Shown here: positions 51,205 to 63,815 of the stretch, piece after piece
How positions within the stretch are numbered: position 1 is the stretch's first letter
How the letters are laid out: each line of letters begins with the position of its first letter
Position numbers and translations under genes: made by a program
Assembly: GCF_036321535.1 (NCBI RefSeq)
Contig: NC_087437.1
Location: 57,910,001 to 57,974,000 of the forward strand
Length of the DNA: 64,000 bases
Direction: 5' to 3'
DNA from: Camelus dromedarius
Lineage: Eukaryota
The notes under the pieces: model-generated
What the model saw: the letters and a program-made list of their open reading frames with translations, nothing else
Database searches by the model: none
Told to the model about the DNA's origin: nothing

Positions 51205-51334
51205 TTCGGTCCCTTTCGAGTGCTGGGAAGTTCAATGGAAGTTGGCCGGAAGATGTGGGCCCGCTTCAGATTCCCAAACCTGGGAAGCCAATCTGGTGAT
51301 TTCGCCCGTACTTCCTTTCTTCCCCTCAGGCTTC
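51192..51334 (-). other. FGF12: FGF12B exon 2 (143 nt: 130 nt 5' UTR + 13 nt CDS)
   Basis: Acceptor cccatctttcag|GAAGCC at 51335/51334 and donor AAAG|gtatgt at 51192/51191. Confidence 0.9.
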
Positions 51335-51548
51335 CTGAAAGATGGGATTTCTTAAACCTTGAAGCTGCAATCAGCCACCAAAGGACACTTAGCAGCAGCA
51401 GATTGCCTCAACAAGGGATAGGCTGAGCCCTGGTACTGATATGCATGCACGGTGCCCGCTCAGTTTTTTGGTTTTTTTACCTGGGTCCGGAAGCTGCAAG
51501 CAGGAGCTGTCCTCCGAACGTGGTGCTGCAGGTGTAGTGACAGATCAT
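51232..51548 (-). other. Spliced upstream ORF, 56 codons (51548-51481 joined to 51334-51232)
   Basis: Hand translation across the splice gives MICHYTCSTTFGGQLLLAASGPRKPEGKKGSTGEITRLASQVWESEAGPHLPANFH*. Whether it is translated is unknown. Confidence 0.6.
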
Positions 51549-51580
51549 CCCACTTTGCTCTCTGGATGTACAGCAGATTT
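51481..51580 (-). other. FGF12: FGF12B exon 1 (5' UTR; 5' boundary approximate)
   Basis: Donor CCCAG|gtaaaa at 51481/51480 and a 146-nt intron 1 (51335-51480). The sequence aaatctgctg...gacccag matches my recollection of the human leader. The TSS cannot be fixed from sequence alone. Confidence 0.8.
51503..51530 (-). promoter_or_regulatory. Non-canonical (9-nt spacer) REST/NRSF RE1 element
   Basis: The minus strand reads TGCAGCACC-acgttcgga-GGACAGCTCC, compared with canonical TTCAGCACC-nn-GGACAGCGCC. Confidence 0.6.
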
Positions 51581-51800
51581 GCATAGGCGCTGGCGCGCAT
51601 GCGCAGGGCATCCCCCCTCTCCTTTTCGCCGCCTCCCGCTCCCCCGCCCTTCTCTGCTTCTCTCCCCAATACGGTCCTCAGTTATCCCCGCTGAAGAGCT
51701 GGAGCATTCGGTCACAGGGAGCGCTGCTAAAAATAAACGCTGGGCCGGATTTTCCTTTGCAAACTAGAAAATGGATTGGAGTGGGACTGTGCATCAATCC
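51575..51800 (-). promoter_or_regulatory. FGF12B proximal promoter, CpG-enriched
   Basis: Octamer ATTTGCAT 51577-51584; NRF1 consensus CGCGCATGCGCA 51594-51605; GC box 51642-51649; CCAAT 51666-51670; MEF2-type CTAAAAATAA 51727-51736; ATTGG 51775-51779. Lies directly upstream of exon 1. Confidence 0.8.
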
Positions 51801-53874
51801 AGTAAGATTTTCTAGGAGGGATTATGGAAGGGGTCTCCGAGCTGGGTATGGTTTTATTTACAAGCAGAAAGGAGAAAAGAGGAGGGTATTTACGAATCTT
51901 ATTTAATGGTCACAGTTTGGGGTTCTCTTCCTAGTTGCTGCAGTAACTTTTCATGTATCTGCTTCCTCCTCTTCTATCCACTTCCCCCACTGACTTTGTT
52001 TCTCTTCGCATTCGCATCTTTGTTTCCTTTTGTTTTGGGGGGGGTGGAGTGGGAATACTCCTGGAGACACCAAAAATTAATATTCTCCCGCTTCTTTGCT
52101 ACTCAGACCGAGTTTCCTTGCTTCACTGAGATCCCTTTGGCCTCCACTTCAAAACTGCTCCACCAACAGGCGCCGAACAAAGCCACCGAGGACATTCTGA
52201 GGTGCTCTTTTAGCTTCTTTCCAACAATCTACCAAGAAGCAAGAGTCCCCAAAGGTGGGGAGGCACTTTAATGATAAAAAGCACTTTAAAGCTGTATACT
52301 TCATCATTCTTATAAAGATGCAGAGGAGGAGTGTTTTTCTTGTATAAGGTTCTAGAGAAGGTTGCAAAGCCAAAAATCCCTTAAAGTACTATTCATATCA
52401 GAATATTTTAAAAGCCCACACTATACTTAATTTATCTGCAACATGTTTAATAGGGAAAAAGTGTATTTACTACTTTTTTTCTCAATAATCCCAGTTCTCC
52501 TAAAAGAATAATTTCTCTTTGAGAATAACAGTCTTCTTCTCAGGCATAAACATAGATCTAAAAAACTAACATCGAATGACTAAGGAGAGAGATGTGAAGA
52601 TTAATCACACACTCCAGGTTACACAAAGATCCCTCCACAGTAGCCTTCTAATCCCAATTTTCAAAATATTGAAATACAATGAAATGTACTCCCAGCAAGA
52701 AACCTGAGGCAAACTATAACCATTTTCTTCTGGTGAGTCAGAAGGCATCCTGGGATTTTTCCAGTGCCTTAGGGCCATGATTACAAGTATTAATCATGAT
52801 GGTTCAACAAGACATGGACATTTATTAGTGGTGGACTCCTGCTGATGAACTGCTGTGGCTGGGCAATGCTTGCCTCCATTCAGCACTGGGGAATTAAAAC
52901 ACTTGAGTATGGGATTCCAGAGGCCACACCCTAGGGTCTACTAACCTTTAGGCTCTCTGACTGCATGCCCAAGTAAATATTTGGGGGGGGGATCACAAAA
53001 CTCAGGATTTCTTTAAATTTTGATAGGCTTTGGAAACACCTTTAGAGTCTATCTATCTACACCCAGTATTTAGTTTACAAATGGAGAGGCAAGGAGGGCA
53101 CCTGACTTGGTTAAGAGTCACACAGTGGAGCGGAACCAGGCTCAGAACCTAAGGGTACTGCCTTGTAGGCAGAGGGATCCATCTACTCTAAGATGGTTTC
53201 TTATACACCTACCTCCCTACTGTCTACAGTGAACGGGAACAGGCAGAACCTCTTGAGTTTGTGAATTTTCATTATTTCATTCAGAATTTTTAAAACCCAA
53301 GTGCTTTATTAAACAGAAAATAGATCTAATGCAAAATCTGTGGTGTGACATTTAAGGTCTTTGTGTTACCTGGATCCAAACTACCTTTCAGGTCTTCTCT
53401 AAGCTTAACTCCTAGAGAACACTTGCCATTATCCTAAGCAAACCTCAAGATTCTCCTTGTCCGTATCTTTACTTACACAGTCATTTTTGGAGTATCTTTA
53501 CCTCCTTACACCACTAACAAATCATCTACATATCCAAACCTTACATATTACTCAAAATTCGAAAATTCTGTCTCACTCCTACAGTCTTCCCTGATCCTTT
53601 CAATATGAAAATACTCTCTAATAGGAAGAGCAATATTGCTGTAACCTCTCTTACAGCATTTGTTACTTTCTATTTTGTATTACAATTATGTGCATATCTC
53701 ATTCCTGTTCCCAATCCTTCCTTTGAAAATGGCTCCTAATTCATCTCTGTAGCGTAAAGGGTGCCCTGAACATAGGAAACACTAATAAATGTTTGACAAA
53801 TTAATAATATTTAGTATGCATGTTGTGAGTATGTGACACAGACCACAGACACTGTGATAACAAATAGAGATGAT

Positions 53875-54035
53875 AATAAAACTGAGCTGACACTACTAAG
53901 CGCTTACTATGTGCCAGGCACTATTATGAGGATTCCAAATGTCTTCATTAACTTTATCTTCATAAAACTCTCTGAGTTTAGTACTATTATCACGTGTATT
54001 TTAAAGATGAGCCATCAGAGAGGCACAGATAAGTT
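53875..54035 (-). mobile_element. MIR
   Basis: taagcgcttactatgtgccaggcact...tactattatc...attttaaagatgag. Confidence 0.75.
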
Positions 54036-57000
54036 AAAGTATAAATAAAATACGATCCTTGCCCTACAGAAACATAAAGCTTATTAAAGGTGATGGAAAC
54101 AACTGATTTTTAAAGACGTGGTGAGGTGTAAGATAGAGGTCATGGCGTGTAGGGTGGAAGCACAGAAGCTGGGCAGTTAGCCAGCCTGCAGGTTTTAGGA
54201 ACTAGAGGCTGGAAGCCTTCAAGTTCTTCCCCCTTTGTTAAAAAAGAAAAGCGTCTACCCACCCGCCCCCAACCCAAATGGGAGAGGATTTAAGGACAGA
54301 ATTGCTTCTTGAAAGTATTAATAAGAAATCATTTGACCTGGTTATGATGAACCTGCTTGATGATAACCTTGGAAAAGGAAAAATAGACTAGTAGCCTGAT
54401 AATCTGCTATTTCAAAATGCCAAGAATTAGATGGGACTAGATCCCTTGTGTTTCAGGTGCCCCCTTTCACCATCAAAAACTGTCCCAGTTTGAACAAGAA
54501 ATGATAAGGCCATATTACTTAAATGACAAAACTGAATGAGAGTAGCACCACCAACACTTGGCACTTCAGCCAAATTCTGATGAACATGCAGTTGACTGGC
54601 TGTATGTGCACATTCAGATTCTCTAGATTTCCTATTCTCTACTAGAATGTGCGGACACAATATGCAGTATTGGGATCAGTTAACATCAGTACATTAAATT
54701 ATAATGAACAATTTAAAGAGCCTTGCTAATGTGTCAAATCAATTACCAGTCCAGTCCACAGAGACTCTCCCACATGTTCACTATGTTCTTCCAGAAGTGC
54801 TGAATACAAACTGAAAGGGACTTGTGAGCTTTTCTTTTTGCCCAATTATTTTCTTACTATTCATCTTTTCTAACTGATCATCTATCTTTAAAAATAACGA
54901 CCATTTAGAACTCTTTCTGGCGATGATACTAAGGTCAACTCATGACTATAAATGAGTATTCAGTATAAGATGGAACAGCTGACAGTCTCTACTGAGGGTA
55001 TCATTCCAAACTGTCACCAGAATTAAGCTCCACAAGGACAAAAACCATGTCCATGTGTTCACGGTTGTATCTCTAGCATCTAGAACAGTGTGTGGAACTT
55101 GGAAGGCTTTATTTAATACCTGATAAGTAAGAGAGAGAGTTTGATGAAATAGAGCTTCCTCCATGGCCACAGAGCTGGTTCACTTGGCAAGTGGGAGGCA
55201 TCAGTCAGCAATGCTAGTGGCAAAAACAGGATCACAGTGACCTGCAAGAGGTAGAAAGATGATCACAACACAGCTAACAAATATGCTCAGTGTTTGCTCT
55301 TGGACAAAGACCAATAAATAATAATCGGCCTAGATGCAGGTATCTCTCTGGCAGGCTAATGGTAGGGCCATACTTTCACAGAAAGTCTAGGAGGCTGGAA
55401 AAAAAACAGTTATAGAGGAAAGAAGAATAAAGTAATTGACAAAAATTTCAGAGGACAAAAAGGTGATGAGTCAATGGGACACAGCCATATGAGAATGACA
55501 GCACTGTAGAGATTGGGTACTGTCCCTCAAAGGGCAAACGTAACTTGATTACCTACTATATGTGAGATTTTTATTCTCTTCCTTAGGCAAAGATAAAATT
55601 ACAGTCTCCTAAGAAGAAAATGGCAAGTGATAAAGTTTCAGTAGAATGTTTCAGGTTGCAGGTACTCAGTGGAGGTGAGTAAAGAACAATCTGAAAGATG
55701 AGACATGGCAGAAGAGGATGCAGGTCATCTGGGTGTATCTTGTCAAGGAAACACCTGCCCACATGGTTGAATAGTGATTTCCCTAGGGGCAATTAAGAGT
55801 TTAAAGAAACTTGCAGAGTAATGATGCATGATGTCTGGAGGCCAAATGACAAACATTTTTGACATTTCTTGTTAAGAACTTTGTCCACTTGACAATATTA
55901 GAGGTTTATACACAAGCCATCAACTGACAACTTCAAGTCCCATCTGTTACACTGGCATAATGCCCACTTAAAATGGGGTGTGGCAATCTCATTAAATCTT
56001 AGGTCTCAAGTAGACACAGGTTGATATTAGTCAAAACAGACTCCTGGGAACTAACACTTTTCAACTGTTAGCACCTTTTCACTTTGGGGATCAGAAATAA
56101 CATGGCAAAATGATATGCAAAGTAACTTTTGAATCTGGCTGGGATCATGATGATGATCAACCATCTTTAAGTTCTGGTGATGAGAGTAGACCAAATGTAC
56201 ATCAAGTTTTAGTCTAAAGATGTACTATAAAAACACTGCCTCAAAGGAATGCAGACATTTTCAATAAAGCCATTTCCTCATCCTACACCCCTCCCCTAAA
56301 TACATGGATTCCAAATACATTCCAAATACATGGATGGTCAATATTTTTTTCTGGTAAAAATGGCATATGAATAAGTAGTCCTTCAAAACCAACAAATATA
56401 ACCAAAGTCTGTCATTAATTCATTAAAAAAGCTTTCTATATGCCAGGTACTCTTCTAGGTACTAGGGTATATCAGTAGTCTGTGGACCTCATAGTGTTTA
56501 CATTGTAGCTTCACAACTACAAGAAACTTCTTGAATCTTGTAGCTCAAACATTTATGACACAAAAGTAAAAAGTGAGCTGAGGTGCAGAATGGGGAGAAA
56601 ACTTTTCCCAAGTCAAGTAGCAAGTTACAAATAAGATGAGAAGTCTACTGATGCTCCATTTCATCACAGCCTTCTCCAAATGATATGCATTCTGTGTTGG
56701 AGGGCTTGTCCTATTTGTGTGACACTGCAAACTTTATTTCAGAACTCTATTCATTTCACTTGATAAACACAACTGGAAGTCCTTTTTGAAGGGCTGGAAA
56801 ATGGTATCTACACTACATGTGTTACCAGTAATAAACAACCTCCATAATGTGTTCTAACATAATGTTTGACTGAAGTGTATCATTTGTGTGATGAATAATA
56901 ACAAAGATTTCTTTCACTGCCAGTCCTCTTAACTTGGTAAAAATCTTTCTGGTTTATATTTATATTCAAATCCCAAAGCACTAGTGGTTATGGCTACCAG

Positions 57001-60000
57001 GCAAAGTAAAATGCAGAAATGAAGCAACTGGCCACATTATTATTGCCAAAAATCCACTATTAAAAACGGAGAAGAAGATTAATGAATAGTTTTAGCCAGC
57101 TGAAATTAAATAAGAGCAAATGAATACAATAGTGTAATGGCTCCCATAGGTGTATTAACCGAAGGGTGTTATTAACAGGGACTTGGAGGTTTATGACCAA
57201 TTGCTGATAATACTGACACTCTACAATTTACCATACAAAAACGATGAATGGATTTTTATATTTGTTGTCTTTTTAAAAAGTCTTTTCCAGAATTTTTCAC
57301 ATCGTCTTCTTTTCCTATTTAATCATTTTATCCCACTGAGAGGACTCCATTGGACTAGATGTTAAGGAAACAAAGACAAGGACTGTGGTTAGAGATGGAA
57401 CCAAGACAGCTGCTCTGCACAGAGGGTCCTCGTGTGATTTCAAGGCCCTGCTGGTGTAAGACTATGATGCTGCTAATGCCCCCGGGGCCCTCTCTCAGTC
57501 ATCTGAAGTCTGCCTCAATTTAAAATATGTACTGCTTTTCATCTGATTTTAAATTTATGCCCATATAATATGACTGGCAAGACTTTCATTCAGCTTACCC
57601 AAGCCCTTCCAAATTCTTCCAATAAACATTTTTGCTCCTCTGTGGAGAACTGCAAGGTATCAATAATTAATAGCTGTTATAAGAAGGATTGGGAAGGGTT
57701 GAGGCTTAATTCTGGTTTCTTCCTCTGTGAAGGAAAGGACTTGGGTGAAACAGTCTGTAAGGCGCCCCTTCCGGCCCTGACCCTGGAATTTTCAGTCTGT
57801 GGACCTCAGTACCACTCCTCATCAGAGTGGTGCTGGCCCTTGGCTACCACACGGGATGTCATATTCCTTGTGGCATCATTGTCAGAGCTCAGAGGGCCAC
57901 TGGAGCACCTCTAACGCAACACCTTTAGTTTACATACAGGAAGCCTCAGTCCCGCAGAGGGGGGGACTCTTGTATCTGAGCTTGCAATTGCTTGAATCCA
58001 GAGTCAGTCCCTTTAACTACAAACTTCCTATCTCTTTGCCACTTGACGATTCCTTATGGATGAACTACAAAGTACTTGAGCACAAAACAGAAAAGAGCTT
58101 GAAGTGAAGAAAGAGCATTCGACTAGGCCCCATTAATGCCATTTAACCACTAACAATCAGTTACCAACCCTATCAACAGTCTCCTACACCTGCTCACTTC
58201 CCCTTTCTCCCCTCTGTCCTTTCACTTGTTTCTTTTTCACCCTCTGCATCATGACAGCCACCTAAGCTGGCAGATGACTCAAGGCTGCAATAAATAAAGG
58301 AGGACAAACTCAGTTTCATAGAGCTACAGGATTGGATAGAGAGTTTACACTCACTCTTTCTCAGCTGAGGAAACTTAATTTATCCTCCAAAATCCACTTA
58401 AAACTTTCCCTGAGAAACCTTCTCTGAACTCCACATTATTTCCTATATTTCTCATTCCGTCCGTCACTTCTTTATATATCTGTCTCTTTCTAAAGGTGAG
58501 GCATTCCTATCACAGAGCAGTGTCCAGCACACAGCAGCCACAGAGTAACCATATCCTGAATTCATTAATGAATCAGTGATTAAGTGAATGGTGGTCCAGA
58601 TTGTTCCTGGAACTCTCAGTTAAGTTGACTTGTTCATTCACTATTCCCCAAGAACAAATAAAAGCGAGCTTTGAACAGCAATACAGCAAAGCTTCTTCTG
58701 CACTAGATCTACTGTTGGGTCCCTCAATGTTGCCCACCGATCTGCTTTATTCTTGCTGTTTCTCTCTGAATCTCCAGAAACAAGGTCTTCACTTTTGTTT
58801 TCTTAGACTTGTGCTTTCTTCACTCTATAGTTTTTCTCCTTCTGGTCTTGGGTATACCATTTCCCTAACTTCCCACCTTACCCCCACTACCACAGCATAC
58901 AGAGTCCTCATTCCCAGTCTTTCAACTTGGCTCCATAGACCTCCATGCACCAAACCAGCATCCTGACTCAGCCAAGGGAAGAAGGAATGATTCGGACAAA
59001 GTACTGCGTGAATGAAAAATACTCCATAGATTTTGATTTTCCAGTTTTGAATCCTAAATATAATGGAATATTACTCTTTGATCCCATTACCCACTTCCTT
59101 TAGTTCTGTCTCAACCATTATTTTTCTTCTTTTAAGCGGGGAACTGAAAATACCTTAATTCTTGGTTTTCTCCCTGCATAGAGGGTTTTTCTTTTCCCCC
59201 TTAAGTGAGATGTTAGCCTCTGTGGCCAAATATAGCAACATACATCAAGAATCCCCCCAGAATACAAAGAGCCATTGTACCTTCTAATAATGGATGTGGT
59301 GCTTTCTCAACTGAACATAAGTATGTTTGAGAAGCACATTTAAAAAGATGATGTATTCTTACAGGATACATTACTGCGCATTTATAAACACTATTTCCAC
59401 ACTGATGCACATGCCAAATCATTTGCTATTACTACATTCAGCATTACTTGCACTATCATAGTGCCAAAAGAGTAATGTCTCATAAGTACAGAAAGCAGAC
59501 ATTTTGGGGCAGCGAAGATGGAGAGGGAAGAGTCACCAATGGAATGGTACCTTGTTACACTTGAGTTCTGTTTTTTAATTACATTAAAGGGTGATCATTG
59601 CAATAAGCTGTCATTCAGGCTCTAAAGGGAGGGCCATGGGAGTCTGAATGCAGCCAAGCAGAAAGCAAATGAAAAAAGAAGAAATGGAATAGTTCACTCA
59701 TCTTACTGATGTACTGAAAATCAGAATTCAGAAGAGAAATCAATAGTGAAAACACCTAAGTTTATGAAGTGAACTTAAGAATACTTCTTTGTGAGTTATA
59801 GATCCAGTAAGATTAAAATGTTACCATTTTATCGCTAAGGAAAGAGAATGACTTGTTCCTGTGTAGCATCAGAATTTTTCAAAAGGACAGTGTGATAATG
59901 TAGGAAATCAAGCAACTTTCTCAAGCTGAAGGTAGCCCCTAAAACCCAGGGTAACGTACTCGAGTAGCTTATATTTATATTGTGAATTCCATACCAATGT

Positions 60001-62019
60001 AACAAACATCTTAATTTTTGTCTAACATTGAGCTGGGTGCTTTATATCCACTATCTTATGAAATCCCCATAAAAGCACTGACAAGAAACTGAGACTTCAA
60101 GCGAGTATAATATTTGCTAAAAATACACAGCACGTGAGCTGTAGAGTTAGAAATCCAACCAGTCACTTCCAGAATTTAAACGTTTGGCCTTTGCACATGC
60201 CTCAAGGACATATACTTGGTAGATAAGACACCTTCCAACACTAGTGTTTGGATAAACTCGTGCTGTAGGAGCCCAGGAGAGAGGGTGCGTTTCTTTACCA
60301 GTCAGAGAAGGGGCAAGGAACCCTGAAAGACGAAAAAGCCTTTCCAGTGAAGAAGGGAAAGCCGTTTCTAGCGAAAGTTTCAGCACTAGACTCTAAGTGG
60401 AGAGAGAGTGTAGGGTGGATTTGAGATGAAGCAAATAGTCTAAATGTTGCCGGCGTGGTGAAGGGAGAAAGAGGGAAATGGTGCTGAATTGAGGAAGGGG
60501 CCTTAACACTCCCAGGAGTCCCCTTAAGGCCCGGCCATGACCATATCTGAGGGGCCAATTTCAATTTCTGCACCAATGGCCTTGGCCATTTCAGGCAGTT
60601 GTTACCGTGTTGGAGCAGAGGAGTTGCCTGCGTGGAGTGCCTTCCAGTGTAACTTATTTACGTCTCCTAAAGCCCTTGGCGTGCTCTCCCTTGATGGTTT
60701 TCGTGTTTATTTGTCCTATCAAACCAGCTCTTTGACTGCAAAGACTGAATCTTGCACCTGTGTTTTCCTCCAGACCTACCCTTTCCAGCACAGCTCCCTT
60801 GAGGGTCCCGCCTTGACATTCCAAGCTGCTGAGATTGCACAAAAGACATCTGGGCCACGTGCAAATTTAGATCTCCATCCTTTGACCTCACCCACTCAGC
60901 AATCTGATCCTGGATTCTCTCTCTCTCCTTGGCCACCAGCGCTGTATCTGACTTGCATTTACCTCACTTCCCTAAGCAAAATGACGCAAGACCCAACGTC
61001 TGCCCTTCCAGCCGTGCTTCTCTCTCTCCTCCTTACTCTGTGAGTTCTGCAACCACCTTCAGGACAGCAGCCCTTCCACCTCTACATCTCCCAGGGCTTC
61101 TGCTCCCACAGAAGTCCCGCTGACTCCCCTTGCCCACCTGCCCTTCCTGGAGGCGGAGTGAAGAGAACACGTGGCACTGAGCCTGGAAAGTGACAGTACA
61201 ATTTCTTAGCCACTTTTACTCTATAAGACATGCACTCTGTATGTATTACTTCTAATCCTTACTACTCTTCAAGTTTGTGAATGATTATTCCTAAGGTTCA
61301 CAAGGTTACTAGTCAATAAAACTAAAGTGGTTAAACCTCACATGTGGTTGAAATCAATCATCTTTGGTGAACTGGATTTCAACACTTCTCTCCCACTGCA
61401 ATTTCTAACTTTAATCTTTTTTCTTTTTTTCTATTTAGTGTTTAATATGTTACTGCGACAATAAACATGAAAAATAGCTTTAATTTGAATGCTCATAAAA
61501 CTGTGCCGAGAAATGAAAAATATCCTGAAATGCCTATGCTCAGGAGAATTGAAATAGAATAAATACTACCAAGTAGTTGAACTCTTATTATTCTCAAAAA
61601 TATGCTAAAATTTAAACAAGTTTATCAAAGCACTTTGGTGAAAATTTAAATGATCAGTCATAAAATCTGATGTCGTGGAGGGACACTGTCATTTAAATAC
61701 TTCCTCAGCTCTTGACAGCAATAGGTCTCAGTTAAGCCAGCAGATCTTCTGAATCCTTGTTTACATTTGTGAAATGGGATGATATGTATTTGAAATGACT
61801 GTTTGGTAAAAAGCAAGGCACTCTGTAATGCTAATTTTGCCCTTCTTTAAAATCTACAGATATGGTTCATTTCTATTTTCAATTCAGTCAACAAAAAGGT
61901 AGTTATTACTAGCAGCAGATATTTTATGATATAATATACCACTACTATTATGATTACTCTCAGCGTAGCCTCAAAGGGCCTTCGCCACTACACTTCCAGC
62001 CCATGTCCCTGCTCTCCCC

Positions 62020-62390
62020 ATGCTTGACCTTCTCTCCAACCACGTGTCTACTGCGCTCCCAAGTGCATCACACTGTGTCCTGCCTGTGTGTGTGCATCTC
62101 TGAGGCTCTCCCTCCCTATGAAGACTCCATGCCCGCTTTTCTTTCTGGCTCCCTCAGAAGTCTCAGCACAGGTGTCAGCCCCTCTAGGACGCCACCTCAT
62201 GTCCTCCAGTGCAACTCGATGCTCCTCGCCCAGGCTCGCATAGAACTCCAAACGTTCCTCTTCCATGACTTAAACTGCTGGGTGCCCTTAGGGCTCCCCT
62301 TTCAGAGTTGAAGCTCTGTGAGGAAAAGCACCCCAGAATCATCTGTATAATGTCCAACGCAGTGCACCACAGCTAACAGATACCCGTTAA
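62020..62390 (+). mobile_element. Decayed L2 3' fragment
   Basis: ctcagcacaggtgtcagcccctctaggacgcc...aagctctgtgagg resembles the L2 3' region. Confidence 0.4.
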
Positions 62391-63429
62391 GTATTAGGTG
62401 AAGGCAGGAAAAGCAGGATTTCCCTGAAGGAAAACTGAGGCCCACAGTGGGTATGGGACTTGCCCAACATCACAAAAATAAGTGGCAGAGTCCCTGTGAA
62501 ATCCATTCCACTGGCACCCTGGGGCCAAGGCCAGCCCACTCTCCACACCGCTCTATCGCTAGTTTGGGGCTCTGGGTATTTCAGAAATAGTGGTGCTATA
62601 TATTTAAACACTCCTGCCTGTGTTCATTTGATAAACCTAAGGAATCTGAAACAGAAATACTTAAAAGGGAATACACTGCTTTGTAGAAAACTAGAAAATA
62701 GTTAAATTTACTGATTTCTGAATCACTGACAACATTGCATTCTATCTATTGTAATCTTTATAATCAAGTGAAGAACAAGAGGAGACTCTACTTCCAAAAA
62801 TACACCTATATATTTACCTATAATTAAACCAAGGAGAAAGGAGATTTTGTAATTCAAATAAATACAGTCAAAATTAAGATAGAGGAATTTTTTTTTTTTG
62901 GTCTCATCCAAGCAAAATATTATTTATCAAAATAAAACTAATGACCCATCATGGTTACTGAATTTCTACGGCCATTTTGTCAAAAGCAAGCCAAGGATTT
63001 GCAGTATTTACAGCAAATCCCAACCAAAGCAGTGGCTGGAAAAACCATTGTGACAGATTTTTTTCTGAGCCCTCACTCATCAGGAATTTCAATCTCATTA
63101 TTTGAGAAGAAGTCAGATTTCCAGTTGCCCAGAGCCATCTATGGCATATAAGAGACTGGGCGAGTTGTGAAATGGTAAATACAGACCAAGGGTTAAGGTT
63201 GCACGTGAACAAGCATTAAATGCTTCCAAATAGCACTTTCAGAGGACTGTGCATCGAATTAGAGGTCAAGCTTGCTGTCAAGGTGACCCAGAGGAAGCCT
63301 CTCACACAGCGCGCCTATCTTGCCCTCCAGTCTGTCCTAACAGGACCCCTCCAGGTGTCCGGGAGCAGCTTCTGCTTCCCTGTCTCTAGGACACTGTTCA
63401 CCTCTGGAATGCACCTTTCTCTTCCACTC

Positions 63430-63815
63430 TTTTTTTTTTTTTTAACAGCTTTATTGAGGTATAACTGACATGCAAAAAACTTCATATTTAACATATATAA
63501 TTTGATGAGCTTGAACACATGCATACATCCTTGAAACCATCACCACAATAAAGGTAATAAACATATCCACTACCTCCAAAAGTTTCTTTGTGTCCCTTTA
63601 TTTTTGTTGGTGGTAGTGGTGGTTGTCTGTTTTGTCTGTGTGTGTATGTGTGTGATAAGAACACTTAACATGAGATCTGCCCTCTTGACAAATCTCTAAG
63701 TGCACAACCCAGCACAGTTACTATACTGTACAGTGTATACTATATGTATTATGTTGTACAGATCTCTAGAACGTATTCATCTTTCATAACTGAAACTTTA
63801 TATCAAACTGAACAT
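63430..63815 (-). mobile_element. Older L1 3' end (L1MB/L1MA-like)
   Basis: Poly(T) then aacagctttattgaggtataactgaca...gaaaccatcaccacaat...agaacacttaacatgagatct...agatctctagaac. Confidence 0.85.

Larger units (their letters stand above)
1..51580 (-). other. FGF12: FGF12 isoform B transcription unit: exon 1, intron 1, exon 2 and part of the long intron 2; continues past the left edge
   Basis: The spliced exon 1 + exon 2 sequence closely matches my recollection of the human FGF12 variant 2 5' UTR and ends in codons for MESK-E, the known FGF12B N-terminus (MESKEPQLKGIVTRL). The next coding exon (EPQLKG...) is not in the window. Confidence 0.9.

Noticed and set aside
51154..51767. Unspliced ORFs over the promoter (90 and 108 aa on +, 69 aa on -)
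   Set aside because: They are by-products of GC-rich sequence and ignore the splice structure. The real CDS here is 13 nt.
56298..56337. Short aaatacat(gga/tcc) repeats
   Set aside because: A tiny slippage repeat with no further structure.
60537..61043. Longest ORF in the track (168 aa)
   Set aside because: No recognisable domain or gene structure, and a Ser/Leu/Pro-rich composition typical of chance ORFs.
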